From the IMG/VR virus record IMGVR_UViG_3300022670_000173, positions 1 through 42,498 of that record: a DNA stretch of 42,498 nucleotides; one strand, given 5' to 3'. Under the pieces are notes generated by a model. It searched no databases. It was not told where the DNA came from and was given only the letters and a program-made list of their open reading frames with translations. Source of the DNA: a virus. Taxonomy: Duplodnaviria; Caudoviricetes. Shown here piece by piece: positions 34,239 through 42,498 of this stretch (its first letter is position 1; each line of letters opens with the position of its first letter). The translations under genes and the position numbers were made by a program.

Positions 34239-34940
34239 ATGAATTTACGAGCGTTTTTAAAAGCCAATTATGCGCCGACAGCAACTATATTAGGCGGAAA
34301 ATTAAAAGTCACACGACAAACAATTAATAATTACCATAAAAAAAGACCGGTATTCCTCCAAGCCATTGTTGACGGCTTCAAGTGGATGCGAATTAATGAA
34401 GATATTAGAGAATCATATTGTAAAACGTTTACCCCTGTTTCTATCGTGTCCGGCGTTAAACGATATGAATTAAAAAAGTTGTTTTCTGATAATTATTATT
34501 CAGGTTCAATTAAGGAATTTAGCCGGATTATTGGCGTATCGGATACCAAGACGTTAGTTTCATGGATTGATGAAAAGCCGGAAATATTACAGGCTGTTCT
34601 GAATGGTTTTAAATGGCAAATGCTTACCAGAAAACAGGAAATGGATGTGTTTTATATGGTTAGGCATAAGCCTAGCCTAAACATGTATAAGGTGTTTTAC
34701 CAAGAAAATGAGCAGGTAGCATTGGTTTGTGATGAAAACCATTTCAAGGCACGTTTCGCGGGCATTAAAGCGTGGAATGAACTAATAACCCCTGACTTAA
34801 CCTATTTTAAAGTTAGAATAGCGCCGGAATATAACCACCTTGTGGCTGATTTTAAATTTGTTGCCACCTGTAATGCTGAATTACCGAATGGTAAAAAAGC
34901 ATTTACTGGTGATGGCTTTTGTTTGGAGAAAATAGATTGA
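34239..34940 (+). CDS. Tandem HTH-repeat putative DNA-binding protein
   Basis: Two ~55-aa repeats ending LQAIVDGFKW / LQAVLNGFKW; KLKVTRQTINNY helix-turn-helix. Confidence 0.6.
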   Translation: MNLRAFLKANYAPTATILGGKLKVTRQTINNYHKKRPVFLQAIVDGFKWMRINEDIRESYCKTFTPVSIVSGVKRYELKKLFSDNYYSGSIKEFSRIIGVSDTKTLVSWIDEKPEILQAVLNGFKWQMLTRKQEMDVFYMVRHKPSLNMYKVFYQENEQVALVCDENHFKARFAGIKAWNELITPDLTYFKVRIAPEYNHLVADFKFVATCNAELPNGKKAFTGDGFCLEKID

Positions 34941-35044
34941 AAGATAAAATACGAGTAATAGTTATTTGTGGTGCTGCTTTCTTTGCGATTACGGCGTTTA
35001 CTGGAATGATGTTTGTTGCTTGGCTAAGTGTCGGCATCGTTTAA
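34937..35044 (+). CDS. 35-aa membrane peptide (TTG start, not in ORF track)
   Basis: GGAG SD, TTGA overlap, single hydrophobic helix. Confidence 0.5.
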   Translation: MKDKIRVIVICGAAFFAITAFTGMMFVAWLSVGIV

Positions 35045-35059
35045 AATTGGAGTGGTAAA

Positions 35060-35413
35060 GTGGATTATTCAAAGTTAGATAAATTTGAAATAAATAAATT
35101 AATTCAAGAATATATAAAGCCGGATTCATTTGATATAAAAAGCGGATATTGCCACACCCGAGAGGGGAAATTAATTTGGTTTAATGACGCAGGTTCGGCA
35201 ATAGAAAAGACTGTTGATTTTTGTGATAGCTGGGCTGATGCTGGTCAATTGATGGAGGATAATGATATTGAATTAAAGAAGAACAATACAAAACTTTCAA
35301 GTGGTCATTATTCGGCAATTTTTAATACGGGTTATTGTGTTCATCACGCTGTGGATAAAAACCCTAAACGAGCAATAGCGATTTGTTTTTTAATGATGAT
35401 TGAGGTGAAATGA
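35060..35413 (+). CDS. NinX/DUF2591-like phage protein
   Basis: MDYSKL..FEINK, DFC.SWADAG, NP.RAIAICFLMM motifs. Confidence 0.75.
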   Translation: MDYSKLDKFEINKLIQEYIKPDSFDIKSGYCHTREGKLIWFNDAGSAIEKTVDFCDSWADAGQLMEDNDIELKKNNTKLSSGHYSAIFNTGYCVHHAVDKNPKRAIAICFLMMIEVK

Positions 35414-35889
35414 TGGGTATATTTAGTAAATTGACGGATTTATTGGGCGGTTCTTTATTCGGTGATGTTACCGGACTAATTAAAGATTACTTTCCTCCTG
35501 AAATGACCGAGAGTCAAAAAGCGGGGCTTGAGAAAGAGTTTCTAATAATTGAGAACGAGGCAAAGCTTAGGCTTCAATCCGCTATCAATGACGCTGATAA
35601 GCAATTTAACAAGAGAATTAACGACCATGAAGGCACAGCAAACGATTTAAAACAAATGCCTGTAATTGGAAGTATCGTTTTATTCTTGCGAGGGGTTCAG
35701 CGCCCAGCTTGGGGGTTCTTTACCATGTATTTAAACTTTGTGTGGTTTGTTCAAAATCCGGTATGGACTGAGCAGCAAGAAAGCGCCGTAATGGTGATTA
35801 ATATTCTTGTACTTGGTTTTCTATTTGGCGAAAGGGCGGTTAAGAACCTAAGCCCAATCATTGAAAAAATGTTTGCTAAGGGTAAATAA
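35410..35889 (+). CDS. Putative holin (GTA/3TM-like)
   Basis: Amphipathic N-terminus, RG.QRP.W then two TM segments, LGFLFGER.VK. Confidence 0.7.
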   Translation: MMGIFSKLTDLLGGSLFGDVTGLIKDYFPPEMTESQKAGLEKEFLIIENEAKLRLQSAINDADKQFNKRINDHEGTANDLKQMPVIGSIVLFLRGVQRPAWGFFTMYLNFVWFVQNPVWTEQQESAVMVINILVLGFLFGERAVKNLSPIIEKMFAKGK

Positions 35890-36014
35890 TGACTCAAGAT
35901 TGGGCGAAAGAAAAACTAAAAGAAGCGAGTGATTCCGCAAATATAGGAGACTTTGAAAACTATACAAAAATTCTGGAAATATGGAGGAAGCGAGAAGAAG
36001 AAAAACAAAAATAA
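35889..36014 (+). CDS. Hypothetical protein (41 aa, not in ORF track)
   Basis: TAATG coupling to holin, AAGGG SD. Confidence 0.55.
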   Translation: MTQDWAKEKLKEASDSANIGDFENYTKILEIWRKREEEKQK

Positions 36015-36021
36015 CATAATT

Positions 36022-36075
36022 AGCCTTTTTATATTCCTGTAACGGGTTAAAATATAATAAAGGCTTTTTGTTTTT
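36022..36075 (+). terminator. Long hairpin terminator
   Basis: AGCCTTT-TTATATT ... AATATAA-T-AAAGGCT followed by TTTTGTTTTT. Confidence 0.7.
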
Positions 36076-36203
36076 ATGTGGCAGTAATAGGCGGTGATTA
36101 TCTCGCAATCAGGCAAAGCGTGAAAAGTCTGTTAAGCCTTTCCATCTGTGATAGACCGAAGGGCTTTATAATATTCAATTACTTTCAAAAGTGAGAATAT
36201 GCG

Positions 36204-37394
36204 ATGACACTAAGAGAAGACTCTAACGTAATTATTGATGGTCTAGTGGGAAAGCAAGGGCAAGTTGGTTCTGTTACGCCATCAACTCTAGGCGATGATA
36301 GATTAAGACCGTTATTAGTAAACACCCTAATGATTGATGAACAGGCTAATATTGATCTTAATGGTGATGAATATTCAATAAAGCCCGACCCCACAACAGG
36401 TATTTTGTCCCTATTTAGAACAGAGGGCGCTATAACCGTTTTTATTGGCGAAATTGGCGGCGGCTTTACCGATCAGCTAGTTTTTATTAAACCACTGGGC
36501 GGTTTAAGGTTTAAAGATGCTACCAGTGGCTTTGAATTCTTTGTGTGTAGACGCGATGTTTCCGGTGATGCTTTGGGTGCTGTATTTGGCAATTTCGATA
36601 CAGTGACGGGAAATTTCTTTGCCACTAGCGACACCGGAGGCTTAACGGTATGTCAAAAAACAGATACGGATATAGTTGATAATATTGGTAATGCTGGTTC
36701 GTCTAATTTTATTGAATCGACATTATTTAGCTTTCAATATACAAGTGATCAGGTTAAGCCGTTTGGCGCATTGGTTCAGAACTTTGTAGGGGAGACTGAT
36801 GTTGACTTTGTTGATGTGCCATTTGATACAAGAATTTTAGATTCAACAGGGGTTACTTTGTATTCTGATATTCAGAATATCGAATTATTCCAACAAAACC
36901 CCAGTGCTAGCCCATTCAAATTAACAAGTGTTGCCGGAGTTGTAACGCTTCCAGCTTCACAACCTTTTCCAATGGATTCTGCATCTACTTACACTATTGA
37001 ATATGAATTTGCTACGGCTATTCGATTAAAGGGCGATGGCGCGCAACCAGCATTGGCTGTAAATAGTAAACGCCTTGAATATTTTGCGGTAAATTACAGA
37101 GGCGGAACTGAGATAAAAACAGCCAATTTTATTGCTGAATCCGGTCATAGCTATAAAGTGGACACTTCGGGCGGGGTAATTACAGCAACAGCGCATGAAA
37201 CCGTTGAAAGTGTAAATATCGGTGATTTTGATTTAACTTTAGGAAGCCCTAATAATTTTATTTTGGACTTTGGCGCGCTTGGCACAATAATTTTTGGAAC
37301 TCAAGAAAAGGGAAATAGCTTTGAAGTAGTAAGATTCAATAGTGGCTATCGTGTTTATAATGCCGATGGTTCGTTACACTCGACCTTACCTTAA
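36204..37394 (+). CDS. Orphan virion-like beta-rich protein
   Basis: 396 aa, G/T/S/F-rich and acidic; C-terminal KTANFIA..G..YKVDTSGGVIT motif typical of fibre-type proteins. Confidence 0.65.
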   Translation: MTLREDSNVIIDGLVGKQGQVGSVTPSTLGDDRLRPLLVNTLMIDEQANIDLNGDEYSIKPDPTTGILSLFRTEGAITVFIGEIGGGFTDQLVFIKPLGGLRFKDATSGFEFFVCRRDVSGDALGAVFGNFDTVTGNFFATSDTGGLTVCQKTDTDIVDNIGNAGSSNFIESTLFSFQYTSDQVKPFGALVQNFVGETDVDFVDVPFDTRILDSTGVTLYSDIQNIELFQQNPSASPFKLTSVAGVVTLPASQPFPMDSASTYTIEYEFATAIRLKGDGAQPALAVNSKRLEYFAVNYRGGTEIKTANFIAESGHSYKVDTSGGVITATAHETVESVNIGDFDLTLGSPNNFILDFGALGTIIFGTQEKGNSFEVVRFNSGYRVYNADGSLHSTLP

Positions 37395-37410
37395 TGTGGT
37401 ATAGTAAAAG

Positions 37411-37433
37411 AGCCGTACATAATGCGGCTTTTC
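37411..37433 (+). terminator. Hairpin terminator before terS
   Basis: AGCCGTA-CATAA-TGCGGCT-TTT. Confidence 0.6.
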
Positions 37434-37480
37434 TAATTCATAAACCAGTAAAGACACTATGGCAAAGAGACAAGATTAAT

Positions 37481-37942
37481 ATGAGTGAGATTAAGGTAAA
37501 CCTATCAGAAGAACAAATTGAATTAGCTTCATTGCTAACATCATTACAACGTAGATTTGTTATTAATCTTGTTGGTGGTGATATGAGCCAAAGACAAGCA
37601 TATATTAAAGCGGGTGGTGAAGCTAAGACCGAAAACGCTCAAGATTCATCGGCTAGTGTTATGTTAAGTAATGATAAGGTTGATGCTTTCTATCAATCAT
37701 TATTGAATAGCGCCACTACTAAGGCGGTAATGACTCGCACAGAGGCGCTAGAGCGTCTTACTGGGTTAGGTCGTAAGACTGATAAGGATAGCGACAAAAT
37801 GAACGCTATCAAGCAGCTATCAACAATGCAAGGTTGGGATTCAGCGCACAAAATTGATTTGAGTTCGAGTGATCGCACTATGTCACCAAGAACGCTAAAT
37901 GATTTTTATGCTGAAGTTGAAGCCATTGATGAAGATGAATAA
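37481..37942 (+). CDS. terS: Terminase small subunit (ATG 37481 preferred over 37394)
   Basis: LTSLQRRFV...QRQAYIKAG...AS.ML HTH; MTR.EALERL; directly before terL. Confidence 0.85.
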   Translation: MSEIKVNLSEEQIELASLLTSLQRRFVINLVGGDMSQRQAYIKAGGEAKTENAQDSSASVMLSNDKVDAFYQSLLNSATTKAVMTRTEALERLTGLGRKTDKDSDKMNAIKQLSTMQGWDSAHKIDLSSSDRTMSPRTLNDFYAEVEAIDEDE

Positions 37943-37944
37943 TT

Positions 37945-39348
37945 ATGACCACGCAACCAATAGCAAAATCAACGGGGAGAATGAACCCCGCTTTAAAACC
38001 ATTCTGGCAAACAAAGGCTGATATTAAATTATTATCAGGGGGGCGGGCATCTTCTAAAACTTATGATTGCGCCGCCTTTGCTTTATACCTTGCTTCACAC
38101 TTCACGCTTAAATTCTTATGTATACGCCAATTTCAATCAAAGATTAAAGAGAGTGTTTACGCGATCTTATGTAGCCATATAGAAACATTCGGTTATCAAG
38201 GTCAGTTTACCGTCCTGAATAATGAAATCATTCATAATAAAACAGGGTCGGTGTTTATCTTCTATGGGATAGCGCGAAACATTGCGGAGATCAAAGGAAC
38301 TGAAGGTGTAGACATTTGTTGGGCTGAAGAAATGGAAAGCTTAACGAAAGAGCAGTGGTCAATCATTGAGCCAACAATCCGAAAAGATAATTCAGAGATT
38401 TGGTTGTTATGGAATCCTCGCTTGGTGTCAGACTTCATTGAATCATTTGTTCACGACCCAGCTAACGGAATAATTAAGCGTCATATTAATTATGATGAAA
38501 ACCCTTTCTTGTCAGATACGATGGTGCGCAAGATAATCCGATTAAAAGAAGCCGACCCTGAACAGTACGAACATATTTACCTTGGAGTTGCTAAAACTGA
38601 TGACGATGACGTAATTATTAAACGTTCTTGGATTGAAGCGGCTGTTGATGCTCATATTAAATTAGGTATCGAAATAGAAGGTGATAGGCAAATAGGTTTT
38701 GACGTTGCTGATAGTGGTTCGGATTTATGCGCACAGATATTCCGGTTTGGTATTCTGGCAATGTGGGGCGAACACTGGCAAGGCAAAGAGGATGAATTAG
38801 AACTAAGCGCCACAAGGGTTTATAATAAAGCGGTAAGCCTTCAAGCCCATATTAGTTACGATTCAATAGGCATCGGCGCAAATGCGGGGGCAAGGTTTAA
38901 AACATTAAATCTTGAACGAAAAGCAACCGCCGGAGAGAAGCCTGTACCATATAGTAAATTTATTGCTAGTGGCGCTGTTCTTAATCCGAAAAAGCTATGG
39001 TTAGATGACGGAATGGGCGAACAGATAACCAATAAAGCCTTCTTTGAAAACATCAAAGCGCAAACATGGTGGATACTAGCGGAACGGTTCAGGAACACTT
39101 ACAACGCAATCAACAAGGGAATGATATTTGCTGATTGTGACCTGATTAGTATTAGCTCAAGCATGCCTAATTTAGCTAATCTGATTACCGAGCTTTCAAC
39201 GCCTAAGAAAAGATTCAGCAAAGCCGCGAAGGTTATGGTTGAATCTAAAGACGAATTAAAAGCGCGTGAAGTTGATTCACCTAATGACGCTGACGCCTTT
39301 ATAATGGCTTACGCTGATAAGAATATGCGCAACACTTTGGAATGGTAG
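37945..39348 (+). CDS. terL: Terminase large subunit, PBSX-like
   Basis: GGRASSKT Walker A, WAEE Walker B, WNP, GFDVAD and SPNDADA nuclease motifs. Confidence 0.95.
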   Translation: MTTQPIAKSTGRMNPALKPFWQTKADIKLLSGGRASSKTYDCAAFALYLASHFTLKFLCIRQFQSKIKESVYAILCSHIETFGYQGQFTVLNNEIIHNKTGSVFIFYGIARNIAEIKGTEGVDICWAEEMESLTKEQWSIIEPTIRKDNSEIWLLWNPRLVSDFIESFVHDPANGIIKRHINYDENPFLSDTMVRKIIRLKEADPEQYEHIYLGVAKTDDDDVIIKRSWIEAAVDAHIKLGIEIEGDRQIGFDVADSGSDLCAQIFRFGILAMWGEHWQGKEDELELSATRVYNKAVSLQAHISYDSIGIGANAGARFKTLNLERKATAGEKPVPYSKFIASGAVLNPKKLWLDDGMGEQITNKAFFENIKAQTWWILAERFRNTYNAINKGMIFADCDLISISSSMPNLANLITELSTPKKRFSKAAKVMVESKDELKAREVDSPNDADAFIMAYADKNMRNTLEW

Positions 39349-39356
39349 GGTAAACA

Positions 39357-40727
39357 ATGAATGATGTAGTGAAGCCAATAGAGACAACCGTTTTAATCGT
39401 TAATGAGATTAGAACATTGCGCCAAGAGGTATCAGACGCCACGCATGCTTTAACGCATGATGGCAAAAGAAATACTGATACTGTGTTTGGTTTTGAACCT
39501 AACCCGCAGTTTCAGCACTTCTATTCAATGTATAAACGCAATGGATTTGCAAAGCGTGTGATTGCGGGTGTTGCGGCTAGATGCTGGCAGGCTGGGTTTA
39601 CCATCAAATCAGATAAGAAAGAAATCCTTACTGATGAAATGGCATCGCTTTTTAATAAGCGTAAATTATTAGCCAATATTGAAAAGACCGATATTTTAAA
39701 CCGCTTGGGTAGATACTCTTTAATGTATGTCGGCATACAAGGACAAAAGCCCGAAGAACCACTTAGAAAAACGGTTAGTGGTGATTTATCCAAAGTGTTC
39801 TTCTCGCCATTTGGTGAGGATGGAATAATTGTAAATACTAAAGTTACCGACCCATTAGACGAACGGTTCGGTTTACCTTTGACGTACGATGTTAGAGTTA
39901 TAGCCCGAGATAATAACCAAGAGCTAGTTGATACCAGTTCAAGAATTGTTCATTGGTCGCGCGTTGTTCACTTAGCTGAAGGTTCGCTTGATAATGACAT
40001 TGAAGGCGAGAGCGCGTTAAAGGATATTTATAACGCCTTACAATCTATTATCAAAACGAATTATAGCGCCGCTGAAGCCTATTTTCGTAACGCTCACGGT
40101 CGAATAGTGCTTGAAGTTGATAAAGCCTACGCTTCAGACATTACCACCACTGAGAAGGAATCAATGACCAAAGAGCTAGAAGCATATCAGCATGAAATGA
40201 AGGACTTTATGCGATTGGCTGGTGCTACTGCTAAACCGATTAATACGCCTCAGTTTGACCCTGTTGGAACGTTCAATGTAAACATTCAGGAAATATCGGC
40301 ATCAACTGGTATTCCGGTTCGCATTCTTACTGGTGAAGGTGGCGGGCAATACGCAGGCAATGAAGATAAGGCAAGCTATAACGCTGTAATAGCCGACCGT
40401 CAAACCAGTTTTTGTACGCCTGTAATGTTCCGAGTGTTGGAAATATTAGAAGAAGCCGGATTGATTGATTTACCTGATAATGCCGTTATTGAGTTCCCAA
40501 TAGCTAAAGCAGTTAATGAGGTGCAAGAGTCTGAAATTATCCATAAGAAGGCTTCAGCATTAAACCAAGCGGCTCAGGCTATCGGTATTGGTGGCGGCTT
40601 AGAAGGTGAAATGAGCGCAAAACAATTCATTGAAGACATTATGAATATGACTTATGAGCCAATCGAAATAGACCACGAAGATGACGATGGTGATTTTGAT
40701 ATTAAAGGCTTAGCTGATGGCGAATAA
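39357..40727 (+). CDS. Portal protein (DUF1073-like)
   Basis: 456 aa after terL; YKRNGFAKR, RFGLP, VHWSRV, IPVRILTG. Confidence 0.9.
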   Translation: MNDVVKPIETTVLIVNEIRTLRQEVSDATHALTHDGKRNTDTVFGFEPNPQFQHFYSMYKRNGFAKRVIAGVAARCWQAGFTIKSDKKEILTDEMASLFNKRKLLANIEKTDILNRLGRYSLMYVGIQGQKPEEPLRKTVSGDLSKVFFSPFGEDGIIVNTKVTDPLDERFGLPLTYDVRVIARDNNQELVDTSSRIVHWSRVVHLAEGSLDNDIEGESALKDIYNALQSIIKTNYSAAEAYFRNAHGRIVLEVDKAYASDITTTEKESMTKELEAYQHEMKDFMRLAGATAKPINTPQFDPVGTFNVNIQEISASTGIPVRILTGEGGGQYAGNEDKASYNAVIADRQTSFCTPVMFRVLEILEEAGLIDLPDNAVIEFPIAKAVNEVQESEIIHKKASALNQAAQAIGIGGGLEGEMSAKQFIEDIMNMTYEPIEIDHEDDDGDFDIKGLADGE

Positions 40728-41679
40728 AAAGCGTTCGCCTATCGCTGAAGACCCTACCAGAACGGCTACCATTCGCAAAAACTGGGTAGCTGATGCTAAG
40801 CGCCGCCATAAGGAGTTAGCACAAAGGGCGGTAGACTTCACACTGGCAGAACTTCAACCCATTAGCCGTCAAGCTGTGCAAAATAAGGCGCGGTTTGAAT
40901 ATACTTATGATCAAAATAGAATCAATGCTTTCTTGGTGTGGTTACAGATTCAAGTAGACGATTTACTGCTAACAGGTGGCGCTGATAACAGTTGGCAAAA
41001 TGCCTACCTAGAAGAAGCTTATCTAAGGGGCATTAAATCAGCTCAGGCAAAAACCAATCAGGAAATCCGGCTTGGTGAGCTACCCGCTGAAGGTACGCCA
41101 ACTATTGAGGGTGATTTAGTTATAACAGGCGGGCTTTCAACCGCTGCGGGTCTATCGGCTAGTGCTGAAGCTATAATTGCCTTAGCTATCCACCAAGAGG
41201 CTTTAAACGTTCTATTCACCAGAGACTTTGCAGCCTTAAAAGGCGTAACCGAGACAATGAGCCAACAAATAGCTAAAGTTTTGGCTGATGGTATGCTTGA
41301 GGGTGTTGGAATTAAAGAATTAGCGCGGCGCATAGCTGATAGAGTTGAAAAGATTGGATTCGCTAGAGCTAAATTAATTGCCCGAACTGAAACCATTAGA
41401 GCGCACCAATTAGGCGTTATTAATCAAGGTCTTCAATTAGAGCAGCAAACAGGCGTCAAGGTTCGCTATTTGTGGATAACTTCAGCAGATACAAGAGTTA
41501 GGCATACACACGCAACAAGAAACAGAAAGGTTTATACAAAAAAGGCTGTTATACCATTATTGGGTGAACCAAATTGCCGTTGTGCTTTGCGTTTATTCTT
41601 CCCTGTTACCGATACGCCGGAGCGACAAAAAGCCCGTACAAAAATCAGAAAAGAAGGTTTAACCCTAATTGATGAATAA
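40717..41679 (+). CDS. Head morphogenesis protein (SPP1 gp7/MuF)
   Basis: DPT, RAKLIARTE, W.TS.D.RVR..H, PNCRC motifs. Confidence 0.9.
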   Translation: MANKKRSPIAEDPTRTATIRKNWVADAKRRHKELAQRAVDFTLAELQPISRQAVQNKARFEYTYDQNRINAFLVWLQIQVDDLLLTGGADNSWQNAYLEEAYLRGIKSAQAKTNQEIRLGELPAEGTPTIEGDLVITGGLSTAAGLSASAEAIIALAIHQEALNVLFTRDFAALKGVTETMSQQIAKVLADGMLEGVGIKELARRIADRVEKIGFARAKLIARTETIRAHQLGVINQGLQLEQQTGVKVRYLWITSADTRVRHTHATRNRKVYTKKAVIPLLGEPNCRCALRLFFPVTDTPERQKARTKIRKEGLTLIDE

Positions 41680-41716
41680 TGTATATAATCAACTAAACAA
41701 ATAAGCAGGTGTGACG

Positions 41717-42498
41717 ATGAACAAAAAATTAAAAACAATGATAGTGGCGATTAATTCAACCACTTCTTCGAATGTGACTACAAAAGAAATTGACGGGGTT
41801 AAACACCTTGTTACAGAAATGATTCCCATTGTAGGCAATTCAGTAATGAACGGCGGCTTGTATCCTGATGGGCAGCTTGATTCATCGTATATGCAATTAA
41901 ACGACAAATTAACCCCAAACGGGCATCCCGTTGTTAATGGTGAACCAGTATCAGCTTTTCATCCGGCGGCAATCAACGCGCAGAACATCGGCGGCTTTAT
42001 GCGTAACGCCAAGAAGCATGGAAAGGTAGTAAGTATTGAATTTTGGCTTAATACTGAAGTTGCCGAAAAGTCTGAAGACGGCATTGAACTAATGAAAAGA
42101 ATGAATAATTCTGAAGCGGTCGGAGTTAGCACCGGACTAACATTAAAGCAGGCATTCACAAACGGCGTTCAAGATGGCATTGATTATGAATGGGTGGCAA
42201 GTGATTTTAAATTTGACCATTGCGCTATCCTATTGAATGAAGAAGCGGCGGGGGCTGATTATGGCACAGCTTTAAAATACAATTCAAAGGATGGCGAAAA
42301 AACTGTTATGGTGGTGAATGATTCACACCGAAACACAATGAACCAGCTTTTTATGGCATTGCGTAAGGAAAGCCATAACTTCTTTTTAGACGATTTGGAT
42401 AATGAGAACAAAAAAGCTATAATTGAAAACGAACGAGGAGAATTATTCGCCCGACCTTTTGAAATCTCTGAAGGTGTGGCAAAATTTTCATCAACTGA
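41717..42498 (+). CDS. Prohead protease (DUF2213-like), N-terminal part; not in ORF track because it runs off the window end
   Basis: MNKKLKT...VMNGGLYP...GHP...VSTGL...FDHCAILLNE; joins 1..607 to give 414 aa. Confidence 0.88.
   Translation, partial: MNKKLKTMIVAINSTTSSNVTTKEIDGVKHLVTEMIPIVGNSVMNGGLYPDGQLDSSYMQLNDKLTPNGHPVVNGEPVSAFHPAAINAQNIGGFMRNAKKHGKVVSIEFWLNTEVAEKSEDGIELMKRMNNSEAVGVSTGLTLKQAFTNGVQDGIDYEWVASDFKFDHCAILLNEEAAGADYGTALKYNSKDGEKTVMVVNDSHRNTMNQLFMALRKESHNFFLDDLDNENKKAIIENERGELFARPFEISEGVAKFSST
42355..42498. repeat. Terminal direct overlap, right copy
   Basis: Identical to 1-144. Confidence 0.97.

Noticed and set aside
37394-37480. Track start for the terminase small subunit at 37394
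   Set aside because: The extension overlaps a terminator-like hairpin and lacks an SD; ATG 37481 fits better
40717-41679. MuF polymorphic toxin
   Set aside because: The protein ends ~30 aa after the PNCRC motif, with no toxin domain or immunity gene
137-42159. Minus-strand ORFs in the track (e.g. 695-1192, 5664-6266, 25067-25447, 33777-34199)
   Set aside because: They lie antisense to well-supported + strand genes and show no recognisable motifs; treated as shadow ORFs
1-42498. Stop-codon reassignment or tRNA genes
   Set aside because: Standard code gives dense, intact genes ending in TAA, TAG and TGA; no cloverleaf recognised by eye in the short intergenic gaps (tRNAscan not run)

Overview
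The window is an apparently complete, circularly permuted genome of an AT-rich tailed siphophage. A 144-bp overlap (1-144 = 42355-42498) gives a unit length of 42,354 bp. The host is probably a gammaproteobacterium, inferred from the DnaB, solute-binding protein and lambdoid nin-type genes. Every credible protein gene is on the + strand. Order on the circle: terS, terL, portal, MuF/gp7, prohead protease (split by the window ends), decoration, major capsid, neck, tail tube, frameshifted tail chaperone, tape measure, tail tip, tail fibre, M15 endolysin. A ~20-kb early/middle region follows, with many small ORFs, NinB, MazG-like, VRR-NUC, a two-gene periplasmic solute-binding moron, RHH + initiator/loader/DnaB, a beta-clamp-like protein, RecT, SSB, an HNH nuclease, a holin and an orphan virion-like protein. 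No integrase, CI/Cro switch, methyltransferase, tRNA or CRISPR array was recognised. The most interesting signal is regulatory and has three parts. (1) Six early promoters share a fixed architecture. (2) An AACC(A/G)GAG motif sits in at least 12 early-gene translation starts and often forms the whole spacer between genes in a cassette-like array. (3) The only leftward transcription unit I found is a predicted ~96-nt RNA (about 15259 to 15163) whose terminator loop and body are complementary to those leaders, making it a candidate multi-target antisense off-switch for early genes. All product calls come from manual motif recognition, not database searches.
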